DNA of 64,000 nucleotides from positions 1-64,000 of the forward strand of contig JBFGLM010000023.1 in assembly GCA_041576165.1 (NCBI GenBank), in the 5' to 3' direction. The position numbers and the translations under genes are program-made. This document shows, piece after piece, positions 49,284 to 59,040 of the stretch (the stretch's first letter is position 1; every line of letters begins with the position of its first letter). The DNA comes from Acidimicrobiia bacterium (GTDB lineage Bacteria; Actinomycetota; Acidimicrobiia; Spongiisociales; Spongiisociaceae). The notes under the pieces were generated by a model that worked only from the letters and a program-made list of their open reading frames with translations, had not been told where the DNA came from and searched no databases.

Positions 49284-50900
49284 ATGAAGGCCGTCGAGAT
49301 CGCCCGCCAGACACTCGGTGAGTGGCTGGCGGCTCAGCCGGACAACTTCTATGAGGCGGACCCTTTGCTGCAGATCCTGGTCGAGCGATCAGGACTCAAG
49401 GATCGGATCGGGGCCCTCCGGGCGTTCGGTGCGGTGGCGGCGGGTGCACTCGACGCAGCCGTGATCGAGAACAACCGGCCCTCCAACCTGCCGGTGCTCG
49501 ACTCGTACGATCAGATCGGCCGCTACGTCGCCAGGGTCGCGCACCACCCCAGCTATCACCGGGCCGGGAAGCTCATCTATGAGAGCGGACTGATGGCCGC
49601 GTACGCCAAGATACCCAATCCGCTCCCATTCGCGCTTTCTCTCTTCTATCTGTCGGTTCATGTTGGTGAAGGGGGACACAACTGTCCGGTGGCATGTACT
49701 GCTGGAGCGATTCGGGCGGTGCAGGCGTTGGGAACTGATGGCCAGCGGGCAGCCTGGCTCCCTAGGCTGCTGACCCCCGTCTATGGCGAGCATTTCGCCG
49801 CGGCCCAGTTCCTCACCGAGGTGCAGGGGGGCTCCGATGTTGGCGCCAATGCCGTCGTGGCCATGCAGGAACCCGACGGCAGCTGGTGCATCTCCGGTGA
49901 GAAGTGGTTCTGCTCGAGCGCCGATGCCGACCTGTTCGTGATCACCGCCCGCCCCGAGGGTGCGGCGGGCGGCACCAGGGGGCTTGGCCTGTTCCTGGTG
50001 CCTCGTGAATACCGCGGCGAGCCGAACGGCTTTGTCATACGCCGGCTGAAGGACAAACTCGGCACCCGTTCGATGGTCACCGCTGAGATCGATTTCGATA
50101 ACGCCTACGCAGAGCAGCTCGGGCCTCTGGAGCACGGATTCCGCAACACCATGGAGCTCATCATCGATACGAGCCGTCTGTACAACGCGTTCGGCTGTGC
50201 CGCCCTGGCTCATCGCGCCTATCTGGTGGCCCGCAGCTACGCCGAGCACCGCCGGGCGTTCGGGGAAACGATCATCAACTACCCGTTGGTCAAAGAAACC
50301 CTCGCGATGATTCAGGCCGATGCGGAGGCCGCGCTGGCAGGGTCATTCTGGCTGGCGGAGATCCAGCAGACGGTCGATGCCGGCGAGGCATCCGGCGAAG
50401 AAGCTGCGTTTCTCAGAATGGGGCTCAACCTCAACAAGGTTCGGACTGCGGCTCTCTCGCATGGTGCCATCAACCGGGGGATCGAGGTTCTGGGCGGCAA
50501 CGGCACCATCGAGACCTTCAGTGTCCTGCCGCGACTCCTCCGGGACAACGTCATATTCGAGAACTGGGAAGGCACCCACCACACCCTGCGCATGCAGGTT
50601 CTCAACGACGCGGTGCGGCTCAGCCTGCACGAGGGATTTTTCTCGGTGCTCGAGAAGCGGCTGGGGGCGGACCGGCTGCAAGCCGACCGGGAAGCCTTCG
50701 ACCGGTGCATGCGCGAGCATGACACCCTGCTTCTGCGGCGTGTGTGCGACCGGTTGGGCTCGTGGATCCATCTCGCCGCCCTCGAGGGAATCGATGAATC
50801 GGGAATTCAGGCTCGAGCCGAGCTGACCAGATTGCGCCATCTGCTGGACGAGCCGAGGTTGGAAGGTTACGCCGACCTCATCGAGCGGTGCGCTTCGTAG
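49284..50900 (+). CDS. Acyl-CoA dehydrogenase family, AidB-like
   Basis: GHNCP, FLTE.QGGSDV, GEKWFCS, LKDKLG, SRL.NA, R.AFG, LGGNG and WEGT motifs. Confidence 0.88.
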   Translation: MKAVEIARQTLGEWLAAQPDNFYEADPLLQILVERSGLKDRIGALRAFGAVAAGALDAAVIENNRPSNLPVLDSYDQIGRYVARVAHHPSYHRAGKLIYESGLMAAYAKIPNPLPFALSLFYLSVHVGEGGHNCPVACTAGAIRAVQALGTDGQRAAWLPRLLTPVYGEHFAAAQFLTEVQGGSDVGANAVVAMQEPDGSWCISGEKWFCSSADADLFVITARPEGAAGGTRGLGLFLVPREYRGEPNGFVIRRLKDKLGTRSMVTAEIDFDNAYAEQLGPLEHGFRNTMELIIDTSRLYNAFGCAALAHRAYLVARSYAEHRRAFGETIINYPLVKETLAMIQADAEAALAGSFWLAEIQQTVDAGEASGEEAAFLRMGLNLNKVRTAALSHGAINRGIEVLGGNGTIETFSVLPRLLRDNVIFENWEGTHHTLRMQVLNDAVRLSLHEGFFSVLEKRLGADRLQADREAFDRCMREHDTLLLRRVCDRLGSWIHLAALEGIDESGIQARAELTRLRHLLDEPRLEGYADLIERCAS

Positions 50901-50963
50901 CTACGGGCGAGAGTCGGCCAACCTGTTGATGTTTTGGTGAGATTTCGTGACCTAGTCCTCTGA

Positions 50964-52226
50964 GTGCTCCGCAACAGGGGCGGGATGCTCTGGATGATGG
51001 GTACCCGGAAGCGTAGGTGGCTCAGGGTCGTCGGCTGGCTGGTTACCGTCGTGGCTGGTGGGCTGGCTCTCTGGTTGGCGGTCGCAGCGGTCATGTACCC
51101 GTTTGAGTATGTGCGGCGCGTGGTCGTGTGGGGCGAATCGGACGTCGGCGACTATCTGGAGCATTTCCCGCAACGACGCCTGACCGCCTCGTCCCAGCCG
51201 TTCCACTTCACGAGTACCCCAGACGATGCTCGGGTGTCGTCCATCTTCGAGTCGATCCTGGGAGTGAGGGACTTCGATGCGTTCCTCGAGTCGGCCCGTA
51301 CCCAGGCGTTCATCGTCATTCGAGACGACGTGATCCTCTACGAGCGCTACTTCAGCGACTGGCACCGCAAAATGATGGTGACGTCATATTCGGTGGCGAA
51401 ATCGTTCACGTCCGCTCTTGTCGGCATCGCCATCAACGAGGGATACATCTCGGGTGTCGACGACCCGATCACCGACTACCTGCCCGAACTCATAGAGCGG
51501 GACGTACGGTTCCGAGATGTGACCATACGTCACCTGCTGATGATGGCCTCCGGGATGGATTTCGCGGACGATCGTCCGTTCCTGTTCAACGGTGACGGTC
51601 CGTTGACCACCTACCACCCGGACCAGCGGAAGATCGCACTCGAGAACGGAATCCTGGATCCGCCCGGTGAGTACTTCCTGTACAACAAGTATCACCCTCA
51701 ACTCCTCGGCATGATCCTCGAGCGTGTTACCGGCGTATCGGTGACTCAGTACACGCAGGACAAGTTATGGGATCCACTCGGGATGGAGTTCGACGGCGCC
51801 TGGAGCCTCGACAGCGAGGCAAGCGGATTCGAAAAGATGGAAGCGGGCCTCAACGCTTGCGCCATTGACTTCGCCAAGTTCGGGCGCCTCTTCCTGGAGA
51901 ACGGCAACTGGAACGGTCAGCAGGTCATCCCGGCGCGCTGGGTCGCTGAGTCAACCGGACCAGACTCGGAGACTCATCGTGCGGACTACTACTCCCATTC
52001 TTTCGGGCCGGATGTCTACGCCTCTGGAAACGGGTGGTACAAGTACATGTGGTACGGGGCGGCCCGTGGCAACGATTCCTACGATTTCTCGGCGCAGGGC
52101 GACCGGGGACAGGTCATCTTCGTATCGCCGGCCAACAACGTCATCATCGTCCGGAACGCATTCGATTACGGGCTCAAATGGTTCGAATGGCTCGACGCCT
52201 TCCAGGAGGCGGCCGGCCGGCTCTGA
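50964..52226 (+). CDS. Serine hydrolase (beta-lactamase/6-aminohexanoate-dimer hydrolase family), membrane-anchored
   Basis: N-terminal TM; SVAKS (SxxK), TIRHLL.M.SG, F.Y, LWDPLGM and A.G..GQ motifs. Confidence 0.9.
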   Translation: MLRNRGGMLWMMGTRKRRWLRVVGWLVTVVAGGLALWLAVAAVMYPFEYVRRVVVWGESDVGDYLEHFPQRRLTASSQPFHFTSTPDDARVSSIFESILGVRDFDAFLESARTQAFIVIRDDVILYERYFSDWHRKMMVTSYSVAKSFTSALVGIAINEGYISGVDDPITDYLPELIERDVRFRDVTIRHLLMMASGMDFADDRPFLFNGDGPLTTYHPDQRKIALENGILDPPGEYFLYNKYHPQLLGMILERVTGVSVTQYTQDKLWDPLGMEFDGAWSLDSEASGFEKMEAGLNACAIDFAKFGRLFLENGNWNGQQVIPARWVAESTGPDSETHRADYYSHSFGPDVYASGNGWYKYMWYGAARGNDSYDFSAQGDRGQVIFVSPANNVIIVRNAFDYGLKWFEWLDAFQEAAGRL

Positions 52227-52391
52227 TCACTAGCTCCTTCGGGTACGGACTCGGACCTCGTGAGTTTCGTGACTGTGACGTTGGGCACTATGGACCGCAC
52301 GGTTGCTCAGACACGATGAGGGTGTTGGCCCGGCCCAGGGCCACCGGGGTTCGCCGCACATCTCGGGCCGCACGTATATATCTGGAAGAAA

Positions 52392-53315
52392 ATGTCTGAA
52401 CAGGCCTCACAACCGGCGGTATCTGTGCGGAGCCTGGTGAAACGCTACGGCGAGACGGTGGCTGTGGCGGGGATCTCCTTCGATGTGCGGGAGGGCGAGG
52501 TGTTCGGCCTTCTCGGACCAAATGGGTCGGGAAAGACCACGACCTTCGAGTGTCTCGAGGGTCTGCGCCGGCGCTCGGAAGGCTCGATCTCAGTATGTGA
52601 TGTGGATCCTGAACGCGAGCCGGGCCGGCTGGGTGAACTGATCGGTGTGCAGCTTCAGGCCGGCGGGCTCCCGCGGACCATGACCCCAGTGGACGCCATG
52701 ACATTCTTCTCGGCCTACCGCCGGCGGCCGCCACGGTTGGATCTGCTCGAAAGGTTCGGTCTGTCCGACTCGCTCGACACTCGCTACGAACACCTCTCTA
52801 CCGGTCTGCAGCGGCGGCTGAGTCTGGCTCTCGCAGTGGCCCACGACCCGCAGGTTCTGATTCTCGATGAACCTACCGCCGGACTCGATGTGGCTTCGCG
52901 ATCGGAGCTCCATTTGGCGATCCAGGAACTCAGCGCCGCCGGACGCACGGTGTTGCTGGCCACCCATGACATGGCAGAGGCCGAGCAACTGACCGATCGT
53001 GTGGCGATTCTGCTCCGGGGCCGCATCGTCGCAACCGGTAGCCCCCGTGAGCTGACAGCAGCCAGCGAAGGGCTCACCAAAGTCTCGATCCGGACGGAAT
53101 CGATGACGGTCGTTGGGGTGTATCCACCCGGCGGCGCCGGCCCGGCCCGGCTGATGTCCGATGGTTATGCGGTCACCTTCTCCCAAGACCCCGGTCCGAC
53201 GGTTGCTGCGCTGCTCGAACACGCGTCTCATGCCGGAGATCCGCTGATTGACCTCCGGGTGGAGCGGCCGTCGTTGGAGGAACGATTCCTGGAGTTGACG
53301 GAGGCGGCGGTGTGA
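52392..53315 (+). CDS. ABC-2 type exporter ATP-binding protein
   Basis: GPNGSGKT, LSTG..RRL, LDEPTAGLD and THDM.EAE motifs. Confidence 0.93.
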   Translation: MSEQASQPAVSVRSLVKRYGETVAVAGISFDVREGEVFGLLGPNGSGKTTTFECLEGLRRRSEGSISVCDVDPEREPGRLGELIGVQLQAGGLPRTMTPVDAMTFFSAYRRRPPRLDLLERFGLSDSLDTRYEHLSTGLQRRLSLALAVAHDPQVLILDEPTAGLDVASRSELHLAIQELSAAGRTVLLATHDMAEAEQLTDRVAILLRGRIVATGSPRELTAASEGLTKVSIRTESMTVVGVYPPGGAGPARLMSDGYAVTFSQDPGPTVAALLEHASHAGDPLIDLRVERPSLEERFLELTEAAV

Positions 53316-54121
53316 CAGCCTTCGGCACCCACCTCGGCTTCGAGTTCCGAGCGGGACTCCGCAACGCGACCGCTCTGTTGATGTTCTACCTGTTTCCGCT
53401 CGGCTTCTACGTGCTGATGGGGATCGTGATGGTGGAGCTCAACCCGGCATTCGCCGACGTGATGATTCCGGCGCTGGTGGTGGTGACCGTGATGGCGGGG
53501 ACGGTTCTTGGATTGCCGTCTCAGCTGGTCGAGGCCAGAGACGCGGGCATATACCGGAGCTTCAAGGTAAATCGCGTGCCCGCCACTTCCATACTCCTCG
53601 TTCCGATCCTGGCTGCCGCTCTTCATACGGCGGCGGCATCAACCGTGATCGGTCTGACGGGGGAGCCTGTATTTGGCGGGAGGGCGCCGGTTGACTGGTG
53701 GGCCTTCTTCGGAGTCACGCTGCTCACGATCTTCGTGTTCGGCGGTATTGCAGCCCTCATAGCCGTTGTCTCGTCGAGCACGCAGGCGACGGTTATGTGG
53801 TCCCAGCTCGTGTTCTTGCCGTCGATGCTCATCGGAGGGCTCATGGTCGATCTGGCCGCCTTGCCCACGTCCGTACTCCCCGCGGCGAAGCTGTTGCCAT
53901 CCACGTACGCAGTACAGGCGATGCTCGGGTCCGCCTGGCAGGCAGAAACCATCCTCGACGTCGACCTGTCGGTGGTGGTGTTGCTGGTCACCGGCGGACT
54001 AGCTCTGGCTCTTGCGCGCCTGCTCTTCGAGTGGGATCCCCAAAACCAAACCCGCCGCATCTCGGTCTGGTGGGCGGCAACCGTCCTATTGCCACTGGCA
54101 TCTGCAGCCCTGATTGCATGA
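53312..54121 (+). CDS. ABC-2 type exporter permease
   Basis: Six TM segments; GTGA overlap with the ATPase gene. Confidence 0.85.
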   Translation: MTAFGTHLGFEFRAGLRNATALLMFYLFPLGFYVLMGIVMVELNPAFADVMIPALVVVTVMAGTVLGLPSQLVEARDAGIYRSFKVNRVPATSILLVPILAAALHTAAASTVIGLTGEPVFGGRAPVDWWAFFGVTLLTIFVFGGIAALIAVVSSSTQATVMWSQLVFLPSMLIGGLMVDLAALPTSVLPAAKLLPSTYAVQAMLGSAWQAETILDVDLSVVVLLVTGGLALALARLLFEWDPQNQTRRISVWWAATVLLPLASAALIA

Positions 54122-54315
54122 GACCCTGCCGGCTGCGTGTTGGCATTACATGAGCCCCCCACCTGCGGTCAGCGGCCACAGCGGGTGTCGTGTGGTCGTC
54201 CAGCGGTCTTTGAGCCAGCGGCGTGACGCTCGGGCGATTGAGGGACGGATGGCCGTAGTGGCCGTGTTGGGCGCAGCGCGACGGTGGATGGTGAATATCC
54301 GATGAAAGGAAACCC

Positions 54316-56523
54316 ATGCGACGCGCTGGTTTCACGGGCCGATTGGCGCGCGGCGCTGCGCTGCGACCCTGGTGGACGATTGGTGCCTGGGTCGTGACCG
54401 TGGCAGCCGCCATCGCGCTACTCCCGGGCCTGGGTGACGTACTGACTGAAGAGGGGGAGCTGACCGTTGAGACCGAGTCAGAACGAGCCCAGAACCTATA
54501 CGCAGATCACTTTGCGACCGACATGCCCGAACAGGAGTTTGTGTTGGTCGAAAGCGAGATCGTCCGAGTCGATGATCCTGAATTCGCCACCTTTCTCGAC
54601 GGTCTGGTTGCTGAACTGCGCAGCCTCGAGACGGTGATATCGGCCGTTTCGGCTCGAGACGGGGTGCCGGGGCTGACGTCAACTGATCTGAGTGTTGCGC
54701 TGATCCCCGTCACCGTTTCTACCGAAGGCGAATTCGTCGATATGGCGGAACCGGTGATCGAAGCCGTTGCGAGGGCCGATGAGCATCCGGACTTCCGCGT
54801 GACGACCTTCGGCATCGGGTCGGTGCTTTCTGAATTCAACAATCTGGCAGAAGATACCCTGCGTCGAGGTGAAACGCTGGGTGTGCCGATCGCGGCATTG
54901 ATCCTGATTGTGGTGTTCGGCGCGGTCGTCTCAGCCGTCGTACCTCTCGTGCTAGCAGCTGTGGCCATACTGTTGGCGCTTGGTATGACCGTCGCCGTCG
55001 GCCAGGCATTCGACCTCTCCATCTTCGTCGTCAACATGATCACGATGATCGGTCTCGCCGTCGGCATCGACTACTCGTTGCTGGTCGTGCAGCGGTTCCG
55101 GGAGGAACGGGCAAAGGGCCATGAGTTGATCGAAGCCATCGAACGATCCGGTGATTCGGCCACGAGGGCCATCTTCTTCTCGGGCATGACCGTGGTAGTC
55201 GCGTTGACGGGGTTGCTGTACATGCCGGACACGATCATGCGAAGCCTCGGAATAGGAGCAATTCTGGTCGTCCTTGCGGCTGTAGCCGCCGGGCTGACAC
55301 TGCTCCCGGCCGTGCTCGGACTGCTCGGTGATCGGGTGAATCGTCTGAAGGTTCCATTTCTTGCCGGAACGTCATACCACGCGGGAGGTGGAAGGTTCTG
55401 GCACACGATCACGCGCGCGGTGACCGCCAGGCCGGTCCTGAGCATGCTGGCGGCCTCGGCCTTGCTGCTCGCCGCTGCCTCTCCATTTCTCACGCTGCGG
55501 ACGGGTCAGAACTTCATCGAGTCGCTGCCCGACGACAGCAACGCGGTCCACGCTTTCGAGGTCCTCAATGCGGAATTCGAGACCGGCGCGATCATCACTC
55601 AGATCGCCATCGAAGCCGACCCCGCAGACCCGGCGGTGGGCGCAGCGATCGAACGCCTGGCCACCGCGTTGGATGCCGACCCGGCCTACGGCGAGGTCAT
55701 GGCCAGTCCAAGTCCGGATGGAGCCCTCGTGGTCATCGACGCCGTCACAAAGCTCGATCCGTCGACCGTCGAGGCGCGGGAAGCGGTCGAGGTTCTCCGA
55801 ACCGAGACAATTCCCGCCGCTCTCCAGGGAACCGATCTCAACGCGTTGGTGACCGGCGACGCGGCGTGGACGGTCGATTACGTCTCGGTCATCAATGGTC
55901 GGACACCATTGATCTTCGTTTTCGTGCTCGGTCTCAGCTTCGTGGTGCTGATGCTCGTGTTCCGGTCGATCGTTGTGCCGCTGAAGGCGATCATCATGAA
56001 CCTGCTGTCCGTTGGCGCCGCCTACGGGGTGTTGGTCCTTGTCTTCCAGCACGGCGTGGGTGCCGACCTGTTCGGCTTCAGGCGAACCGATGTCATCGAA
56101 GCTTGGATACCGCTCTTCCTCTTCGCCGTCTTGTTCGGCTTGTCGATGGACTATCACATCTTTCTGTTGAGCCGGATCAAGGAGCGTTACGACTTGACTC
56201 GGATCAACGATGAGTCGGTGGCGTTCGGCCTCGGCTCGACCGGAGCCATCATCACTGGGGCAGCGCTCATCATGGTTGCGGTCTTCGGAGGCTTCGCAGC
56301 CGGGGACTTGGTCATGTTCCAGCAAATGGGCTTTGGCCTTGCTTTGGCGGTGATACTCGATGCGACGATCGTTCGCTCGGTCTTGGTGCCGGCCACAATG
56401 AAACTTCTCGGCGACCGCAACTGGTACTTTCCGCGATGGCTCGAGTGGCTACCCGAGATCCACATCGAAGGCCGCCCCGAGCCCGTCGAGCCTCTGGAGC
56501 TCGATTGGGAAACACCCGTCTGA
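54316..56523 (+). CDS. MMPL family (RND) transporter
   Basis: GLAVGIDYSL...RFREE, FGLSMDY.IFLLSRIKE and LDATIVR..LVPA.M.LLG..NW motifs. Confidence 0.95.
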   Translation: MRRAGFTGRLARGAALRPWWTIGAWVVTVAAAIALLPGLGDVLTEEGELTVETESERAQNLYADHFATDMPEQEFVLVESEIVRVDDPEFATFLDGLVAELRSLETVISAVSARDGVPGLTSTDLSVALIPVTVSTEGEFVDMAEPVIEAVARADEHPDFRVTTFGIGSVLSEFNNLAEDTLRRGETLGVPIAALILIVVFGAVVSAVVPLVLAAVAILLALGMTVAVGQAFDLSIFVVNMITMIGLAVGIDYSLLVVQRFREERAKGHELIEAIERSGDSATRAIFFSGMTVVVALTGLLYMPDTIMRSLGIGAILVVLAAVAAGLTLLPAVLGLLGDRVNRLKVPFLAGTSYHAGGGRFWHTITRAVTARPVLSMLAASALLLAAASPFLTLRTGQNFIESLPDDSNAVHAFEVLNAEFETGAIITQIAIEADPADPAVGAAIERLATALDADPAYGEVMASPSPDGALVVIDAVTKLDPSTVEAREAVEVLRTETIPAALQGTDLNALVTGDAAWTVDYVSVINGRTPLIFVFVLGLSFVVLMLVFRSIVVPLKAIIMNLLSVGAAYGVLVLVFQHGVGADLFGFRRTDVIEAWIPLFLFAVLFGLSMDYHIFLLSRIKERYDLTRINDESVAFGLGSTGAIITGAALIMVAVFGGFAAGDLVMFQQMGFGLALAVILDATIVRSVLVPATMKLLGDRNWYFPRWLEWLPEIHIEGRPEPVEPLELDWETPV

Positions 56524-56587
56524 AGTGGCGGGCCTCGGTGAGCGCCTGCCGGCGCAGGCCAGGCTAGGCCGTCGCCGCATCGGTGCC

Positions 56588-57484
56588 TCAGGTGCGTTCG
56601 GTCGCGGGGGCGATGATTGATTCGTCCCGACGCTGGCGCCGCGCCCGGACCTCGCGGCGGAGGATGACGATGCCGCACACCATGACCACCGTGCTCACTA
56701 TCGCCGCGATCGTCCCGGTGCTTCCTTCGGTGGCCACGGCCCAGTTGTAGGACGCATGCCAAAGCGCCACCATCAGAACGCTTTGGGAGGTTCGGTTGTA
56801 GAGCCAGGCCAGCACCACTGCTCCGCCCAGCGAGAGGCCCACAATCCAACCGAGGATCTCGAGGGCACCCATGTCGAGGAAGTTGTCGACGAAGAAGAAC
56901 ACAGGAAGGTGCCAGGCGGCCCACACCAACGCCACGAACCCGGTTGCCTCCAGCGGACGCATCCGGGTCTGAAGGTGGTCTTGGGCGTAGCCGCGCCAGC
57001 CGGTTTCTTCGCCTACGCCGTTCACCAACAGCAGCAACACCCATATGCCAAGTGGTCCAGCCGAGGGTAGGCCATTCAACCGTCCGAACTCTTCGAGCGT
57101 GGGAATGGTCGACCCAGTTGCCGCCGCAACCGGCAGAGCAGCCACCAGTAGCAGCAATGGTCCGACTGCGGCGACCGCAAACCACCACCATCCCACCCGC
57201 CAGCGAGTCATCCTCCCCGCCAATTCCACGAGCCCGGCCCGGCCGGTCACCAGCCAGGTCGTGATCAGTGCCGCGAACATGGGCCCCGTCAGGCCGGGGA
57301 AGTGGCTGGTCCATGGCACGTCGATCAAGCCGTGATAGTCGAGTGCCATCGGGATCCAATACCCCCACGACAGCCCGTAGGCGAGCACCAAATAGCAAGC
57401 CAGCGGATGCGCCCTGATCCGATTCCGGATCGACCAGGCCGCAGGGGCCGTACTGCGATCGGTACTGGATGTATCCACGCTCAC
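56588..57484 (-). CDS. CPBP (CAAX/Abi) intramembrane metalloprotease
   Basis: GEETGWRG, WAAWHLP and WLYN...HASYN motifs. Confidence 0.92.
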   Translation of the reverse strand: MSVDTSSTDRSTAPAAWSIRNRIRAHPLACYLVLAYGLSWGYWIPMALDYHGLIDVPWTSHFPGLTGPMFAALITTWLVTGRAGLVELAGRMTRWRVGWWWFAVAAVGPLLLLVAALPVAAATGSTIPTLEEFGRLNGLPSAGPLGIWVLLLLVNGVGEETGWRGYAQDHLQTRMRPLEATGFVALVWAAWHLPVFFFVDNFLDMGALEILGWIVGLSLGGAVVLAWLYNRTSQSVLMVALWHASYNWAVATEGSTGTIAAIVSTVVMVCGIVILRREVRARRQRRDESIIAPATERT

Positions 57485-57691
57485 AGGCGCGCCTCCCGGG
57501 TCCAGCGGGCCGCCCCCATGGTCCGGTTATAGACCGGGCGTGAGAGTCTCAGCTCCATGACACCGGAGCCGGGGATTGGTCGCTAGAGCCGCATGGCCCT
57601 GGTTTCGGGTTCGGTCTCAGCCGTGGCGGGCTCATCGAATCGAGCAGCGTGGATGTTGCGTTCATGAACGGCGTGTCGCTCCCGGCGCTCC

Positions 57692-58003
57692 TCAGGCCGT
57701 AGGCGTGACGATCTGTTCGTTCATGACGTCCCGAAGCATGTCCATCGCGGCGGTGATCTTCTCCGAGGTGAGTCGATACAGGATCCGCTGGCCGTCCCTC
57801 CGGGTGCGGACCAGTCCCTTGTCGCGCAAGATGGCGAGGTGTTGTGACACGTTGGCCTGCGGCAACTCCAACGCATCGCAGATGTCGCTCACGGCCATCT
57901 CGCCGTTGCGGAGAGCATCGATGATCAGCAGCCGTTTGGGATCGGCGAGGCCTTTGCAGACGCTTGCGTGGAGCCTCATGAGTTCGTCGCGCGTCGCAGA
58001 CAT
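57692..58003 (-). CDS. ArsR/SmtB family repressor, probable regulator of the shdr cluster
   Basis: CKGLADPKRLLII...VSDIC...QANVSQHLAILR..GLV...R.G....Y. CATAGT -10 element lies 6 nt before ATG 58003. Divergent from tusA. Confidence 0.9.
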   Translation of the reverse strand: MSATRDELMRLHASVCKGLADPKRLLIIDALRNGEMAVSDICDALELPQANVSQHLAILRDKGLVRTRRDGQRILYRLTSEKITAAMDMLRDVMNEQIVTPTA

Positions 58004-58106
58004 GCCGACACTATGGCACATTCCGGGGCGTGCGCAGGAAACGACGCGCGGTGCCTGGCACGAACTGTTTGACGGCGGCATGGTTTCACCCCATACTCAG
58101 CACCGG

Positions 58107-58138
58107 ACATATTCGTGTATATGCGTACACGCATATGT
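58107..58138. promoter_or_regulatory. Palindromic operator upstream of the tusA-dsrE-shdr operon
   Basis: ACATATTCGTGTA-N6-TACACGCATATGT (13-bp arms, 1 mismatch), overlapping a perfect ATATGCGT-AC-ACGCATAT (58119-58136). Confidence 0.7.
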
Positions 58139-58197
58139 GCTCGTGGGTACGCTTGTAGGCAGCCTCTCGAGGCGGCCGCCATGAGGGAGGAGTAGCG

Positions 58198-58437
58198 GTG
58201 TCGGACATCCAAGTGGACAGCGTTCTCGACTGCACGGGCCTGCTCTGCCCGATCCCCGTCGTCAAGACATCGAAGGCGATCAAGGAGGTCGAAGTCGGCC
58301 AGATCCTCCAAATGATCGCCACCGATCCCGGCGCACCCCCCGACATGGAGGCGTGGTGCCGTCAAACCGGCCACGAAATGGTTGATTCCAAAACCGAAGA
58401 TGGACAGTTCATTTTCTGGTTCCGCCGCACCGTGTAG
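58198..58437 (+). CDS. tusA: Sulfur carrier protein TusA
   Basis: LDCTGLLCPIP (CPxP), ATDPG and D..AWC..TGH motifs; RBS GGAGGAG. Confidence 0.95.
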   Translation: MSDIQVDSVLDCTGLLCPIPVVKTSKAIKEVEVGQILQMIATDPGAPPDMEAWCRQTGHEMVDSKTEDGQFIFWFRRTV

Positions 58438-58450
58438 CGAAGGAGGCGAT

Positions 58451-59005
58451 GTGACCGCTGCGCCAGACGAGATGATCAAGCAACTCCACGAGGCGGATGC
58501 CGCCGCCGAAGGTCTGCCGAAACAGAAGAGCTTGGCGCTGGTGGCGTCCAAGGGTGGCCTCGACGAGGTGTACCCGGTGCTCATCATGGCGTCGACCGCC
58601 GGCGCGCTCGGCTGGGACACGCGGGTGTTCTGCACCTTCTACGGCCTCGACATGGTCAACAAGAAGCGCCAGAAGAAACTCAAGGTATCGGCCACGGGCA
58701 ACGCCGCCTCGCCGCCGCCGATCAACGGGGTAGAGGTCCGCGTCCCCACCATCCTGGGCATGCTGCCCGGCATGAACTCGGTCGCGACGTGGATGATGAA
58801 GAAGTGGATGAAGGACTCCAACATCCCGAACTACGACGAGTTATTCGATCTGTGCCTGGAGTCAGGGGTCAAGTTCTACGCGTGTGCCACCACCATGGGT
58901 GTCATGAACGTCAACATGGAGGATGTCATCGACGAGGCATCCTGCTTGGGCGCAACTGCCTTCCTCGACTTCGCAGCGGAGGCCGATCTGGCCTTGTTTG
59001 TCTGA
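58451..59005 (+). CDS. dsrE2: DsrE2-type sulfurtransferase (DsrE/DsrF/DrsH-like)
   Basis: RBS AAGGAGG then GTG 58451; SKG.LD..YP.LI.AS.A.A, FCTFYGL, YAC..TM and GA..FL motifs. Confidence 0.88.
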   Translation: MTAAPDEMIKQLHEADAAAEGLPKQKSLALVASKGGLDEVYPVLIMASTAGALGWDTRVFCTFYGLDMVNKKRQKKLKVSATGNAASPPPINGVEVRVPTILGMLPGMNSVATWMMKKWMKDSNIPNYDELFDLCLESGVKFYACATTMGVMNVNMEDVIDEASCLGATAFLDFAAEADLALFV

Positions 59006-59040
59006 GTCATTGCCTGATCCCAGCGTGAGAGGAGCAGCTC

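Noticed and set aside
50964-52226. True beta-lactamase
   Set aside because: The SxxK family is broad; the sequence resembles esterase/amide hydrolase members.
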